Of a DNA stretch of 64,000 nucleotides, positions 8,005 through 17,175 are shown one piece after another. How positions within the stretch are numbered: position 1 is the stretch's first letter; every line of letters starts with the position of its first letter. The translations under genes and the position numbers were made by a program. Below the pieces are notes generated by a model. That model did no database searches, had not been told where the DNA came from, and saw nothing but the letters and a program-made list of their open reading frames with translations. Source of the stretch: Candidatus Binatia bacterium (GTDB lineage: Bacteria > Desulfobacterota > Binatia > UBA9968); NCBI GenBank assembly GCA_036506735.1, contig DASXRG010000038.1:6856-70855 (forward strand). Reading direction: 5' to 3'.

Positions 8005-10158
8005 TTACGGCGTGACGTTCACCACGATCGGGGCGCCGGGAGATTTTTTTGGGCCGCAACCTTTGTCCGGGGTGCCGCTCGGCGGCGGATTTGGATCGAA
8101 GCCTCCCGGCAGGATGGGACGGGGGCAGGCGTCGTCGGCGCCGTGCGTGTCGGCGCTGGCGCCGCTCAAAACTTCGTGATGCACCGTCGCGGTGTGGCTG
8201 TAATCACCCGGGGTCGGGTCTTGTTTGCCGGCCGCGGCGCCGGAGCAATTATACGTTACGAGAAAATTGACCGTCATCGTCTGTCCCATGGCGAGAAGCT
8301 TCAATCCGCCGGGAAACAGCGCTGCGTTCTTTACGCCGTTCAGAGCGATCTGTGCCGCGGCGCAGGACTCGCCGTCGTCGTCGACGACGCTCACGCTGAG
8401 ACGCGCCAGACCGCTGGTCGCGCCGTCGCCGAGGTCGGCGGGGAAAATAGTTTCGTTATGTTCGCTTCGATTCTGGATCGTGACCGTGACCGGCAGGGTC
8501 ACCGGACTTCCCCTCGCCTTCTTGGGCACGGTCATCGCCGTGACGGCGAGATCGTGGATGGGCGCGAGTGAGAAGCAACTGATCCAGGTCCCCCAGTTTT
8601 CAGACGCGGCGGAGGTCGCGTATTCATTGGCGGCGCAAAATGCATTGGCGGCATTGGGGTCGACCGTAATGCCGCTGTAATCGCCGGCGCGGCAACCGAG
8701 CGAACCCGTACAGTCGAAGGCGGTATAATTGCGCTCGCCGGCCTTGGCGAGGATCGGCGTCTGCATCGTCCCGGGCGGATCTCCCGCAGATTGTCCCGTC
8801 AGGTACATCGACATAAATTGGTTTTTGGAGGACTGCATGAACGTCATGCCTAGATCCCCGCTGGCGGCGATGGCAATCGAAGGATAGTAGGTGTCGATAC
8901 CGGAGCCGGGACTGATCGTTCCTTGCTGCGTGAGCACAGGCGCTGCGCCCGAGGTGTCGAATTCATACCAGCGCGCGTTCACCGCGCCCGAGAAACCCAC
9001 CGTTTGTGCCGCGACCAGGCGGTCGCCGCGCCACTCTGCGTGCAGGATGCTGGTGTCCCCGGTGTCGATCGTAAAGCCGCCGCCTTTCTGTGTCGCATTG
9101 GGGGCGGCCCCGTAGGCGGCCACGGATAGGTCCGTGTCGCTGAAGGTTGGCGCGGTCAGAATACTCGTCATCTTTACCACGCGGATCTTATTCGGCGCGT
9201 CCGATTCTTCCGCGAGCCACATGGGACCGCCCGGAGAAGAACCGTGCATGGCCGCGGGGATCAAGGTGAAATGGGCCGGTCCGCTACGGTCGGCGTGGAG
9301 CACTGTAGGCGCGGTGGCGGAGTTCGCGTCGAGGACATTGCTCTTGTTTATGACAATGACGCTCACGTGATCGAAGCAGGTGTCGTTGAAATCGAACATG
9401 TTGAACGTAAATACGTGGGCGTCCGCGTTCCAGCCGGTGCGCGTGAAATCCCCTCCGACCGGCGTCGAGAGTCCGCAACCTGCGTTGCTGATCTCGTCCA
9501 GATCGATCGCATGCTTTTCGGCAAAGCCGTCCGTCGGATCGGAACTGTCCGACACCGCGTAGAGCAGCCGCACGGTGTTCACCGGAGTATTGTTGCAGAC
9601 CTCGGGAACGTCCAAGGCGCCGATGTAGAAGCGCTCGGCGCTCTCATCGTAGGCGACGACCGGATCGAAAATGCAATCGCTGAGCGCCGTGGAGCCGAAG
9701 AAGGAGAAAAGCGATTGTTGAGAGAGCTTCGTGCCGGTGGCCCGATCGAAGATGGCCAGAGTGGCATTGACGGCCTCTACGATGTGGTCCGGCCCGGTCG
9801 CCGCAATCGTATCGGGCGGGACCGATCCGCCGCCGTCGATAAAATTCATTCCGGCAAAGCCGCTCGTTACGCTGGGGATGCGCGGCGCCGGCGCGGCGGC
9901 GCCTTGATCTTCGGCATGCGGCGGCCGGCCGCTTTCGAGCGCCTCTCTCTCGGCGTCGGCGCGCATTTTTTTTTCGTGGAATCCTCCACGACGGTGAATG
10001 GGGGCCACTCTCTTTAGTTTTTGATCGGTCGGATGGAGCGCGGCCGGACCGAGCAGCGCAGCCGCCGCGAGGAGACTCAGGCTTAACCCGAAAACAGTCG
10101 TGGTGGGTTTGTGGTGCAGTGGACCGCCCGCGCTAAAATTCGGGCGATAATAACGCAT
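8005..10158 (-). CDS. Secreted Cys-rich protein of unknown family (possible T2SS cargo)
   Basis: 717-aa ORF with a signal-like N-terminus (TTTVFGLSLSLLAAAALLGPAAL), at least 12 cysteines and propeller-like strands (YPSIAIAASGDLGMTF, WYEFDTSG). The C-terminal ~190 aa looks like an Ig/CARDB-type domain. No family recognised with confidence. Confidence 0.6.
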   Translation of the reverse strand: MRYYRPNFSAGGPLHHKPTTTVFGLSLSLLAAAALLGPAALHPTDQKLKRVAPIHRRGGFHEKKMRADAEREALESGRPPHAEDQGAAAPAPRIPSVTSGFAGMNFIDGGGSVPPDTIAATGPDHIVEAVNATLAIFDRATGTKLSQQSLFSFFGSTALSDCIFDPVVAYDESAERFYIGALDVPEVCNNTPVNTVRLLYAVSDSSDPTDGFAEKHAIDLDEISNAGCGLSTPVGGDFTRTGWNADAHVFTFNMFDFNDTCFDHVSVIVINKSNVLDANSATAPTVLHADRSGPAHFTLIPAAMHGSSPGGPMWLAEESDAPNKIRVVKMTSILTAPTFSDTDLSVAAYGAAPNATQKGGGFTIDTGDTSILHAEWRGDRLVAAQTVGFSGAVNARWYEFDTSGAAPVLTQQGTISPGSGIDTYYPSIAIAASGDLGMTFMQSSKNQFMSMYLTGQSAGDPPGTMQTPILAKAGERNYTAFDCTGSLGCRAGDYSGITVDPNAANAFCAANEYATSAASENWGTWISCFSLAPIHDLAVTAMTVPKKARGSPVTLPVTVTIQNRSEHNETIFPADLGDGATSGLARLSVSVVDDDGESCAAAQIALNGVKNAALFPGGLKLLAMGQTMTVNFLVTYNCSGAAAGKQDPTPGDYSHTATVHHEVLSGASADTHGADDACPRPILPGGFDPNPPPSGTPDKGCGPKKSPGAPIVVNVTP

Positions 10159-10209
10159 CGAGCAAATTTATAAAAGGGAAAATACCTGAACCGAGCGTAG
10201 GAATCGTTC

Positions 10210-11271
10210 CTAGCGGGAAAGTTTTTTCGCCAATTCGCTGTCGATGACTTTTTGGAAGGTTGCGATCGGCTGCGCGCCGACAATCAGGCGGCCGTTGATG
10301 AAAAAAGTCGGCGTGCCCAAATCGCCGACTCCGAGACGCGTCCCTTCCTCGACGTCGGCCGCGACCGCGGATTGATGCTTGCCGCTGTCGAAGCACTGGT
10401 CGAAATCTTGACCGTTGAGCTTGGCGTCGCGGGCGTATCGCTTGAGATCCGGCGGACTCAAGCGCGGGGCGCGCTCGAACACCAGATCGTGATATTCCCA
10501 AAACCTTCCTTGCTCCGCCGCGCAGCGCGCCGCTTCGTGCGCCTTCGGCGCGAGCGGATGCAGGCTCGGGATCGGGAAGTCGCGGAAGACCCATCTCACT
10601 TTTCCGGGATTTTGGGCCATGAGCTGTTGCACCGTCGCGACGGCGGCTTGGCAAAACGGGCATTGGAAGTCGGAAAACTCGACGATGGCGACCGGCGCGT
10701 CTTTCGGTCCGCGGCTGAAGCCTTTATTCGGGTCCACCTTGACCGCCGTCGGATCTTCGAGATAGATCTTCACTCCCGCTTTGGCCCGGAGCTCACGGAC
10801 GTACTCGCTGCGCTGCTGGTTTATTTTGAGGTCGCGAAGATATTCCCAGACCTTCAGTTTTAGCTCCGCGTCGTCGCCCTTGACCAGGCGATTACGGTTT
10901 TGCTCGATGAAGTTCGCGACTTCCTGATCGGTGACTTTGGGCGCCTTCGCCGACACTTCTTGCTTCAGCAGCGCCTCCACGGTGAGCCCGCGGCGTTTCG
11001 CCTCCGCGGCCAATAGTTTTTCCGCGATCAGCTCCTCGAGCTTTTCGTCGATCAGCTTGTAGCGGGCCCGCTCGATTTCGGCGAGTTGGGCTTTGAGCCC
11101 TTCGTGGATTTCCTCGAGACTGATGGTCTCCTCGCCCACCTTGGCCGCCGGAGTGCCGCCGGTCGATGATTGGGCGGTTGCCGGGACGCGGGACAAATAT
11201 AAGAATCCCAGGATGAGAAGAACTATGCAGAAATTGCGGCGCAAAATTGCCTCGAACTCAGTGGTTAACAA
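10210..11271 (-). CDS. DsbA-family thiol:disulfide oxidoreductase with SurA-N-like chaperone region
   Basis: Signal peptide; thioredoxin-fold motif FSDFQCPFCQ...RWVFRDFP; helical Lys/Glu-rich N-terminal half. Confidence 0.75.
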   Translation of the reverse strand: MLTTEFEAILRRNFCIVLLILGFLYLSRVPATAQSSTGGTPAAKVGEETISLEEIHEGLKAQLAEIERARYKLIDEKLEELIAEKLLAAEAKRRGLTVEALLKQEVSAKAPKVTDQEVANFIEQNRNRLVKGDDAELKLKVWEYLRDLKINQQRSEYVRELRAKAGVKIYLEDPTAVKVDPNKGFSRGPKDAPVAIVEFSDFQCPFCQAAVATVQQLMAQNPGKVRWVFRDFPIPSLHPLAPKAHEAARCAAEQGRFWEYHDLVFERAPRLSPPDLKRYARDAKLNGQDFDQCFDSGKHQSAVAADVEEGTRLGVGDLGTPTFFINGRLIVGAQPIATFQKVIDSELAKKLSR

Positions 11272-11343
11272 ATCAAAATCGTAGAGTCAATTCAAAGGAT
11301 TTGCGGTTGATTTATCCGCCGCTTTCCCCTACTCTCTAGGGCT

Positions 11344-12567
11344 ATGGCGCTGTTCCAGTATCGCGCCGCGGATTATTCCGGCAAGGTCGTCGAAGGAGTC
11401 ATGGACGCCGACGCCGAGCAAGGTGTCGTCTCGCGACTCCACGACATGGGCTTCGTTCCCTTGCGCATCTCGGCATCGAACGAGGCAGCCGGCAGATCGG
11501 CCCAGCACGCCGTATCGCTCTTCCTGCACCGAAAAGTAAGCGAGAAAGCCCTGCTGCATTTTACTCAGGAGCTCAGCACGCTCCTCGGCGCGGGTCTGCC
11601 TCTCGATCGCAGCCTGTCGGTGCTGGCGAACCTGGTGGAAAGTCAGGAATTCAAAAAGGTCGTCGGGCGGCTTCTGGAAGAGGTGCGCGCCGGCAAATCG
11701 CTCGCCGCCGCGATGGCGGAGCACAGCGACGTATTTCCCAAGCTCTATGTCAACATGATTCGCGCCGGCGAGGCCGGCGGCGTGCTCGACGGCGTCTTGC
11801 GCCATCTTTCAGACTATCTCGAGCGCGCGATAGCCCTGAAAGAGGATCTCAAAGCGGCGCTGACTTACCCCGTGGTTCTCGCCACCGTAGCCGGGCTCTC
11901 GCTGCTGTTTCTCTTCGTTTACGTTATTCCGAAATTCGCGCTCATATTCAAAGATATTCACCAGGCTATTCCCGTGATGGCCAAGGTGCTGATCGGCTTC
12001 AGCGAGTGGGTGGCAGAGTACGGATGGATCGCTTTGATTCTGATCGTCGTAGGCGTTGCGGGCGGATCGTTCTATATCCGTAGCCCGGAAGGCAGGCTTC
12101 AGTGGGACCGCTGGCGTCTCAACGTCTGGCTCGTCGGCCACCTCATGCGCCAACTCGAGGTGGCCCGCTTCGCGCGTACTCTGGGCGCATTGCTGAAGGG
12201 CGGCGTGCCGCTGCTCGATGCCTTGGGCACGGTTCAGGGAGTGGTCGGTAACCGTTTGATCGCGCGCGCTATAGCGCAAGTCCAGAGCCGCGTGCGCGAA
12301 GGCAAGGGCATGGTCGGGCCCCTGACCGAAAGCGGACTTTTTCCGCCGCTCGCTTTGCACATGATCGCCGTAGGCCAGGAAACCGGCCGTCTGGAAGGGA
12401 TGCTGGTGAATGTCGCGGACCACTATGATCAAGAGGTGAAGCGCACCACCAAGCGGCTGACGTCGCTGCTCGAGCCGATTTTGATTGTCGGCATGGGATT
12501 GGTGATCGGAACGGTCGTCATCTCCATGCTGACGGCGATTTTCAGTATCAACGATTTGCCGTATTGA
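11344..12567 (+). CDS. gspF: Type II secretion inner-membrane platform protein GspF
   Basis: 407 aa with two T2SSF repeats (GLPLDRSLSVL..., GVPLLDALGTV...) and three TM segments. Confidence 0.85.
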   Translation: MALFQYRAADYSGKVVEGVMDADAEQGVVSRLHDMGFVPLRISASNEAAGRSAQHAVSLFLHRKVSEKALLHFTQELSTLLGAGLPLDRSLSVLANLVESQEFKKVVGRLLEEVRAGKSLAAAMAEHSDVFPKLYVNMIRAGEAGGVLDGVLRHLSDYLERAIALKEDLKAALTYPVVLATVAGLSLLFLFVYVIPKFALIFKDIHQAIPVMAKVLIGFSEWVAEYGWIALILIVVGVAGGSFYIRSPEGRLQWDRWRLNVWLVGHLMRQLEVARFARTLGALLKGGVPLLDALGTVQGVVGNRLIARAIAQVQSRVREGKGMVGPLTESGLFPPLALHMIAVGQETGRLEGMLVNVADHYDQEVKRTTKRLTSLLEPILIVGMGLVIGTVVISMLTAIFSINDLPY

Positions 12568-12584
12568 GAAAGAAGGGGTCGACA

Positions 12585-13046
12585 ATGATTAAGAGACGAG
12601 AAAAGTTCAACCGTTCGTTGGCGCCGCTGACGCAGCGCGGCGGCTTTACCTTGATCGAGCTGCTCGTTGTCATGGTGATCATCGGTCTCCTTGCTGCACT
12701 GGTGGGCCCGAAACTCCTCGGCCAAAAGGAAAAGGCGGAGGTGGGCGCGGCCAGAGTGCAGATCGAGATGCTGAGCGCCGCATTGGATACGTTCCGCCTC
12801 GACGTCGGACGCTATCCGACGACCGATGAAGGACTGGAGGCTTTGATTCGCAAGCCGGTCAGTGCGGACCGATGGGATGGTCCTTATCTGAGAAAAGACG
12901 CCGTTCCGCTCGATCCTTGGAAGAAGCCGTATATTTATCGGAGTCCGGGCGAGCACGGCGCGTTCGATCTCTTCACGTACGGCGCCGACGGCGCTCCGGG
13001 GGGAGAAGGAAACAATCGTGATGTCGGGAGCTGGGAGACATCGTGA
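12585..13046 (+). CDS. gspG: Major pseudopilin GspG
   Basis: RGGFTLIELLVVMVIIGLLAALV prepilin signature and the GspG core (YPTTDEGLEAL...DPWKKPYIYRSPGEHGAFDLFTYGADGAPGGEG). ATG at 12585 has a GAAGGGG Shine-Dalgarno; a TTG at 12564 is an alternative. Confidence 0.85.
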   Translation: MIKRREKFNRSLAPLTQRGGFTLIELLVVMVIIGLLAALVGPKLLGQKEKAEVGAARVQIEMLSAALDTFRLDVGRYPTTDEGLEALIRKPVSADRWDGPYLRKDAVPLDPWKKPYIYRSPGEHGAFDLFTYGADGAPGGEGNNRDVGSWETS

Positions 13047-13498
13047 TTGCGCGCCTCGCAAAATCCAGGCAGGGCTTTTCCCTCATTGAACTCATGATGG
13101 TCCTTGTGCTTGTCGGGTTGGCGAGTCTGATAACCATTCCGGCCATTGATCGTGGAATCAAAAAGCGCCAGGCCAGGCAGTCGATCCTGGCAATCGCGGC
13201 AGTGGCGCGCGACATGCGCCGGCGGGCCATTGACGAAGGGAAGCTCAAGGAACTTATCATCAGCCCCCGCGAGGACAGCTACTTCGCCTCGGGCACCGAC
13301 ATCTTCCACTTGCCCCAGACGGTCAAAGTCACCGGGATCGCGGGCGGCGAGCCGCTCGGCAATCAGATCACGCGATTTACCTTTTTCCCCAACGGAAGCA
13401 TCGTCGGCGGCGCCATCGAGCTTTCGGATCGCCAACAATATACGTACTTGATACGTCTCGAACCGCTCGTGGGACGCGTCGTGGTGACCCGACAATGA
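13043..13498 (+). CDS. gspH: Minor pseudopilin, GspH-like
   Basis: SRQGFSLIELMMVLVLVGL prepilin motif after a 10-aa leader; 151 aa; GTGA overlap with the gspG stop. Confidence 0.65.
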   Translation: MIARLAKSRQGFSLIELMMVLVLVGLASLITIPAIDRGIKKRQARQSILAIAAVARDMRRRAIDEGKLKELIISPREDSYFASGTDIFHLPQTVKVTGIAGGEPLGNQITRFTFFPNGSIVGGAIELSDRQQYTYLIRLEPLVGRVVVTRQ

Positions 13499-13989
13499 AA
13501 AACGAAAAGCGGAAAACGGAAAGCGGAAATAGGAAATCCGAAAATCCAAAACCTGTCCCTTCGATAAACTCAGGGCAAGCTCTGAGCCAAGCCGAAGGAT
13601 CTAAAATCGAAAGTGGTTTTACCCTTTTGGAAGTCGTCGTCGCCATGGCGATCGTCGGCTTGGGAGTGGTGACTTTGCTCGAAGTTTTTTCGTACGGCCT
13701 CAGGCTGGAAGCCTCCGGCGCGGCCCGGACCGATGCCGTCGTCTACAGCCGCCAGGTGATGGACGAGTTTCTGACCCGCAAGGATTTTGACGGTCGGGGA
13801 GATGCAGGCTCGTTCGGAAAGAACCACCGCTGGCGGGTGGATACCAGTCCCCTGCGCGACGACAGCGACCTCGCGCCGAAGGGCTGGGACGTAACCGAGA
13901 TCACGCTGCGCATGCGCTACCCCGACGGAGAGCGCGACAAACTGGTGGAGATGAAAACTCTCCGGGTGCAAAAAACGAAACGACAATGA
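13495..13989 (+). CDS. gspI: Minor pseudopilin, GspI-like, with 41-aa leader
   Basis: ESGFTLLEVVVAMAIVGLGVV prepilin motif. The only in-frame start is the ATG at 13495 (ATGA overlap with gspH), giving an unusually long leader. Confidence 0.65.
   Translation: MKNEKRKTESGNRKSENPKPVPSINSGQALSQAEGSKIESGFTLLEVVVAMAIVGLGVVTLLEVFSYGLRLEASGAARTDAVVYSRQVMDEFLTRKDFDGRGDAGSFGKNHRWRVDTSPLRDDSDLAPKGWDVTEITLRMRYPDGERDKLVEMKTLRVQKTKRQ
13498..13552. repeat. Tandem degenerate heptamer tract (GGAAARC type) inside the gspI leader codons
   Basis: GAAAAGC GGAAAAC GGAAAGC GGAAATA GGAAATC CGAAAAT CCAAAAC. The same repeat type recurs at 22562-22593. Confidence 0.7.
13540..13605 (+). repeat. 66-nt block duplicated in gspI and gspJ leaders, copy 1
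   Basis: 61/66 identity to 14028-14093. Encodes ENPKPVPSINSGQALSQAEGSK. Contains the hairpin CCTTCG..CTCAG-GGCAAGCT-CTGAG..CGAAGG. Confidence 0.85.
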
Positions 13990-14705
13990 AAAGCGAAAAT
14001 GCTCGGCAGCCGCGGGCGCCCAAAATCGAAAATCCAAAACCTGTCCCTTCAATAAACTCAGGGCAGGCTCTGAGCCAGGCCGAGGGATCCAAATTGGAAT
14101 GCGGCTTCACGTTGATCGAGGTCACGGTCGCGATCACCTTACTGGCGTTGATTATTGCGACGCTTTACGGCTCCTTTCATTTAAGTGAAAAAGCCATGGT
14201 GAAGGCGCAAGCGCGCGCCGAGGAGAGCCAGGGGCTCAGGACGTTTCACAGTTTCCTCGGCGAGTATATCCACTCCGCTTATCCGTATCGGGCGTCGGCG
14301 CGGGATGCCGCCGTATACTTCATCGGCGACGACCGGGGCGTCGAATTCGTCTCCTCGCTCTCAACCGGCCTCGGCGGCCGCGGCATGTCCAAGGTGCGGA
14401 TCTCCGCCGAGCTCGTGGGCAATCGCGGCGCGACGTTGACGTTGGAGGAAGAAATGCCCGTGCGCGTGAGCGACAAGGACAGCGGCAGCGGCGGCTACCG
14501 GAACAGCGTCGTGCTCGCCGAGGGCCTCAAAGGATTGCGCCTAGAATATCTCGATTCCCAATCTCAGGACGAGAACTGGGTCGATGAATGGGACGGCCGG
14601 CAGCGCCGGTCGCTGCCGCGGGCCGTGCGCCTGATCCATCGGGGCGAGCGAGGCGCGGAAATCCGCTGGGTGTTTCCCATTATGATGAGAGTCTTAACAC
14701 CGTGA
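13986..14705 (+). CDS. gspJ: Minor pseudopilin, GspJ-like, with 40-aa leader
   Basis: ECGFTLIEVTVAITLLALII prepilin motif; 239 aa; ATGA overlap with gspI. Confidence 0.6.
   Translation: MKSENARQPRAPKIENPKPVPSINSGQALSQAEGSKLECGFTLIEVTVAITLLALIIATLYGSFHLSEKAMVKAQARAEESQGLRTFHSFLGEYIHSAYPYRASARDAAVYFIGDDRGVEFVSSLSTGLGGRGMSKVRISAELVGNRGATLTLEEEMPVRVSDKDSGSGGYRNSVVLAEGLKGLRLEYLDSQSQDENWVDEWDGRQRRSLPRAVRLIHRGERGAEIRWVFPIMMRVLTP
14028..14093 (+). repeat. 66-nt block duplicated in gspI and gspJ leaders, copy 2
   Basis: See 13540-13605. The five differences (tcg/tca, caa/cag, caa/cag, gaa/gag, tct/tcc) are all third-codon-position and synonymous. Confidence 0.85.
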
Positions 14706-15736
14706 AATCACACTCGGCACTCAGCACTCGGTCCTCAGCACTATCCAATGAGCGCGGCGTGGCGCTGATCGTCGTGCTGTGGATTTTTATCTTTCTCTTC
14801 GTCGTGGCCTTCGATTTTTCCGCGGCGGTGCGCGAGGAGGGAATGGCGGCGCACCGTTATGCCGAAGAAGCGGAGGGCTACTACCTGGCGCTCGCGGGCT
14901 TTCAGCAGGGGATTTATGAGTTGATGAAGCTATCGGCAAAGACGGGACAGGTCGCCGCGCCGCAGGGCAGCGACGTGTTCGAAGGAAATTGGATCAAAGG
15001 GAATCTGGGCGGAGGAATCTACGAGGTCCGGTTCGTCGATGAGTCGGGGAAGATCAACATCAACCGCATCACCGACGACACCCTGCGCCTGGTCTTGGCT
15101 CATCTGGGCGTGGAGGAAAAAAGGCGCAACATTATCGCCGATTCCGTCATGGATTGGCGCGACGAAGACGACCTGCATCGCTTGAACGGCGCGGAGAGCG
15201 ATTATTATCTGACGCTCTCGCCTCCCTATACGGCGCGGAACGGGCCGTTCGATTCCGTCGAGGATTTGCTATGGGTGCGCGGGGTGACGCCGGAGATTTT
15301 CTACGGCCGTGAGGGCGGCGTCGGGCTGCAAGAAGTTTTTACCGTTGACAGCCAGTCGGCGGTCAATCTGCGCACCGCGCCGCCCGCGGTCTGTGTCGCG
15401 CTGCTCGGCGTCTCGTTGGAAAAATGCCAAGCCTTCATCGACCAGAGGGCCAAGCTGTCGGAGAAGACCCTGGGCGATCTGTTGCGGCTTTTAGGGATTG
15501 CCGACGATGATTTGATCCGGCGGCAGGTGACGTTCGCCAATCCGACCGTGATCACGATCGAAGCCAAGGGGTATCAAGCGAACTCGACTACCGAGCGGCA
15601 GGTCAAAGGAGTGGTCCGCATGCTCGGCGGCGACCGGGGTTACGACCTGCTTCGCTGGATCGATCGCGACTCGCCCAAGGGCATCAGGTCAACCGGCTTC
15701 CAATACGAGGAAGGTGATAGCCAACCCGCGTCATGA
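14702..15736 (+). CDS. gspK: Minor pseudopilin GspK
   Basis: ERGVALIVVLWIFIFLFVVAF N-terminal helix and the GspK core (GKININRITDDTLRLVL, helix-hairpin-helix-like region). GTG at 14702 gives a GTGA overlap with gspJ; the ORF-track start at 14588 lies inside gspJ. Confidence 0.7.
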   Translation: MKSHSALSTRSSALSNERGVALIVVLWIFIFLFVVAFDFSAAVREEGMAAHRYAEEAEGYYLALAGFQQGIYELMKLSAKTGQVAAPQGSDVFEGNWIKGNLGGGIYEVRFVDESGKININRITDDTLRLVLAHLGVEEKRRNIIADSVMDWRDEDDLHRLNGAESDYYLTLSPPYTARNGPFDSVEDLLWVRGVTPEIFYGREGGVGLQEVFTVDSQSAVNLRTAPPAVCVALLGVSLEKCQAFIDQRAKLSEKTLGDLLRLLGIADDDLIRRQVTFANPTVITIEAKGYQANSTTERQVKGVVRMLGGDRGYDLLRWIDRDSPKGIRSTGFQYEEGDSQPAS

Positions 15737-17175
15737 GTTATCCCCGCTGGCTTAAAGATCTCTCCCGCGCCGATTTTGTCCGCAGCGTCGGGCTCTACGT
15801 CACGCCGGAGCGCTTCTACCTCGTGCGCATGCGCAAGAACTTGCTGAACCTCGCCGTGCTCGAGGCGCAGTCCCGTGAGATACCGACGGGGGAGGATCCG
15901 GCGGCGCGCAAGCAGGCTCTCGCCGATGCGCTCCGATCTCTGGTTCGGTTCGATCCCGCGAGAGATCCTCTGTACGTCTGTCTGTCGTCGGACCAGGTGA
16001 TCAGCCTCGAGATATCCTTGCCGCAGATCGCCGGCGAAAATCTATCCCAGGTGGTCGAATACGAAATCGAACGACACCTGCCGTTTCGCCGGGAGGAGAT
16101 CTACTACGATTTTCTGCCCATGGGGCTCAAAGGCGATAAGGTCGGCGTGATTCTGTTCGCGGTGCAGAAAAAGATCGTCGATGAAGTCCTCGAAGTGTTT
16201 TCCGCCTTCGGGGCGAAGCCCAAGGGCCTGGAAAGCTCGGCGACGGCGCTGTCCAATTATCTTCTCTTCTGCACCGGAGGGATCGACGGTCCGGCGCTGC
16301 TGCTCGGAGGTCAGAACCACGACTGGGAAATCACCGGTCTCAGCGCCAAAGGCGAAGGCTGGCGCCAGGAAGCCGTGCTGGCTTTCAATCACCGGCTGCC
16401 GCATTCCGACTGGGCCCAAGGGCCGGGCCGGGAGCTTTTTTACGGTTCGTTGCGCGACTCGCCGCGGTTTTTCGGCTGGGGCACGGCGGCGGAATTTTTA
16501 CGCTCCGTCAGCGAAGACGCGGTGCCGTACGAGGATCTGTTCGATTTAGGCAAGGCCAAGTTGGCCAAAGGGAATGAGCTGGCGGCCGATCCGGCTTTTC
16601 TACCGGCGCTCGGCGCCGCGCTGCACGGTCTTCGTGAGGCGACGTTCGCGGTCAATCTGGTTCCCGGAGCAAAAAAGGACAGCCGCGGAAAAGTGCTTTC
16701 GTGGCTGAATACGGCGCTCGCCGTTCTGCTCGTGATCGGGCTCATCGGATGGGGCGTAAGCTATCCGATCAAAGACGAGATCCGGCTGCGCCGGTTCCAG
16801 AAAGAGAACGAGAAAATCGCCCCGGCGGTGGAGGCGCTGCGCCGCGAAGAGACCGAGCTCAACCGTTTGCGTAAAGAGATCGCCTTTTTCTCCGACTTAA
16901 AGGCGCGCCGAGGCATCGTGATGCGCATCCTGGACGAGCTTTCGCGCATCGTCCCGACCAACGCGTACGTTTCCAATCTGCGCTTTCGCGAAGCGACGCT
17001 CGAGCTCCAGGGCAGCGCGGACAACGCGTCGAATTTAGTTCCTCTGCTCGAGCGCTCGCCGGTATTTGAAAATGTCGCCACCAACGCTCCGTCGAGCACG
17101 GATCGCATCGGCAAACAAACGTTTTCCATCAAGGCCGAGATCGAAAAGCCCAAAGCAGGCGGAGCCAAACCATGA
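15733..17175 (+). CDS. gspL: GspL-like assembly protein (PilM-like cytoplasmic domain + TM + PilN-like periplasmic domain)
   Basis: 480 aa, a single TM (WLNTALAVLLVIGLIGWGV) at about two-thirds of the length, coiled-coil and ferredoxin-like C-terminus; ATGA overlap on both sides. Confidence 0.6.
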   Translation: MSYPRWLKDLSRADFVRSVGLYVTPERFYLVRMRKNLLNLAVLEAQSREIPTGEDPAARKQALADALRSLVRFDPARDPLYVCLSSDQVISLEISLPQIAGENLSQVVEYEIERHLPFRREEIYYDFLPMGLKGDKVGVILFAVQKKIVDEVLEVFSAFGAKPKGLESSATALSNYLLFCTGGIDGPALLLGGQNHDWEITGLSAKGEGWRQEAVLAFNHRLPHSDWAQGPGRELFYGSLRDSPRFFGWGTAAEFLRSVSEDAVPYEDLFDLGKAKLAKGNELAADPAFLPALGAALHGLREATFAVNLVPGAKKDSRGKVLSWLNTALAVLLVIGLIGWGVSYPIKDEIRLRRFQKENEKIAPAVEALRREETELNRLRKEIAFFSDLKARRGIVMRILDELSRIVPTNAYVSNLRFREATLELQGSADNASNLVPLLERSPVFENVATNAPSSTDRIGKQTFSIKAEIEKPKAGGAKP

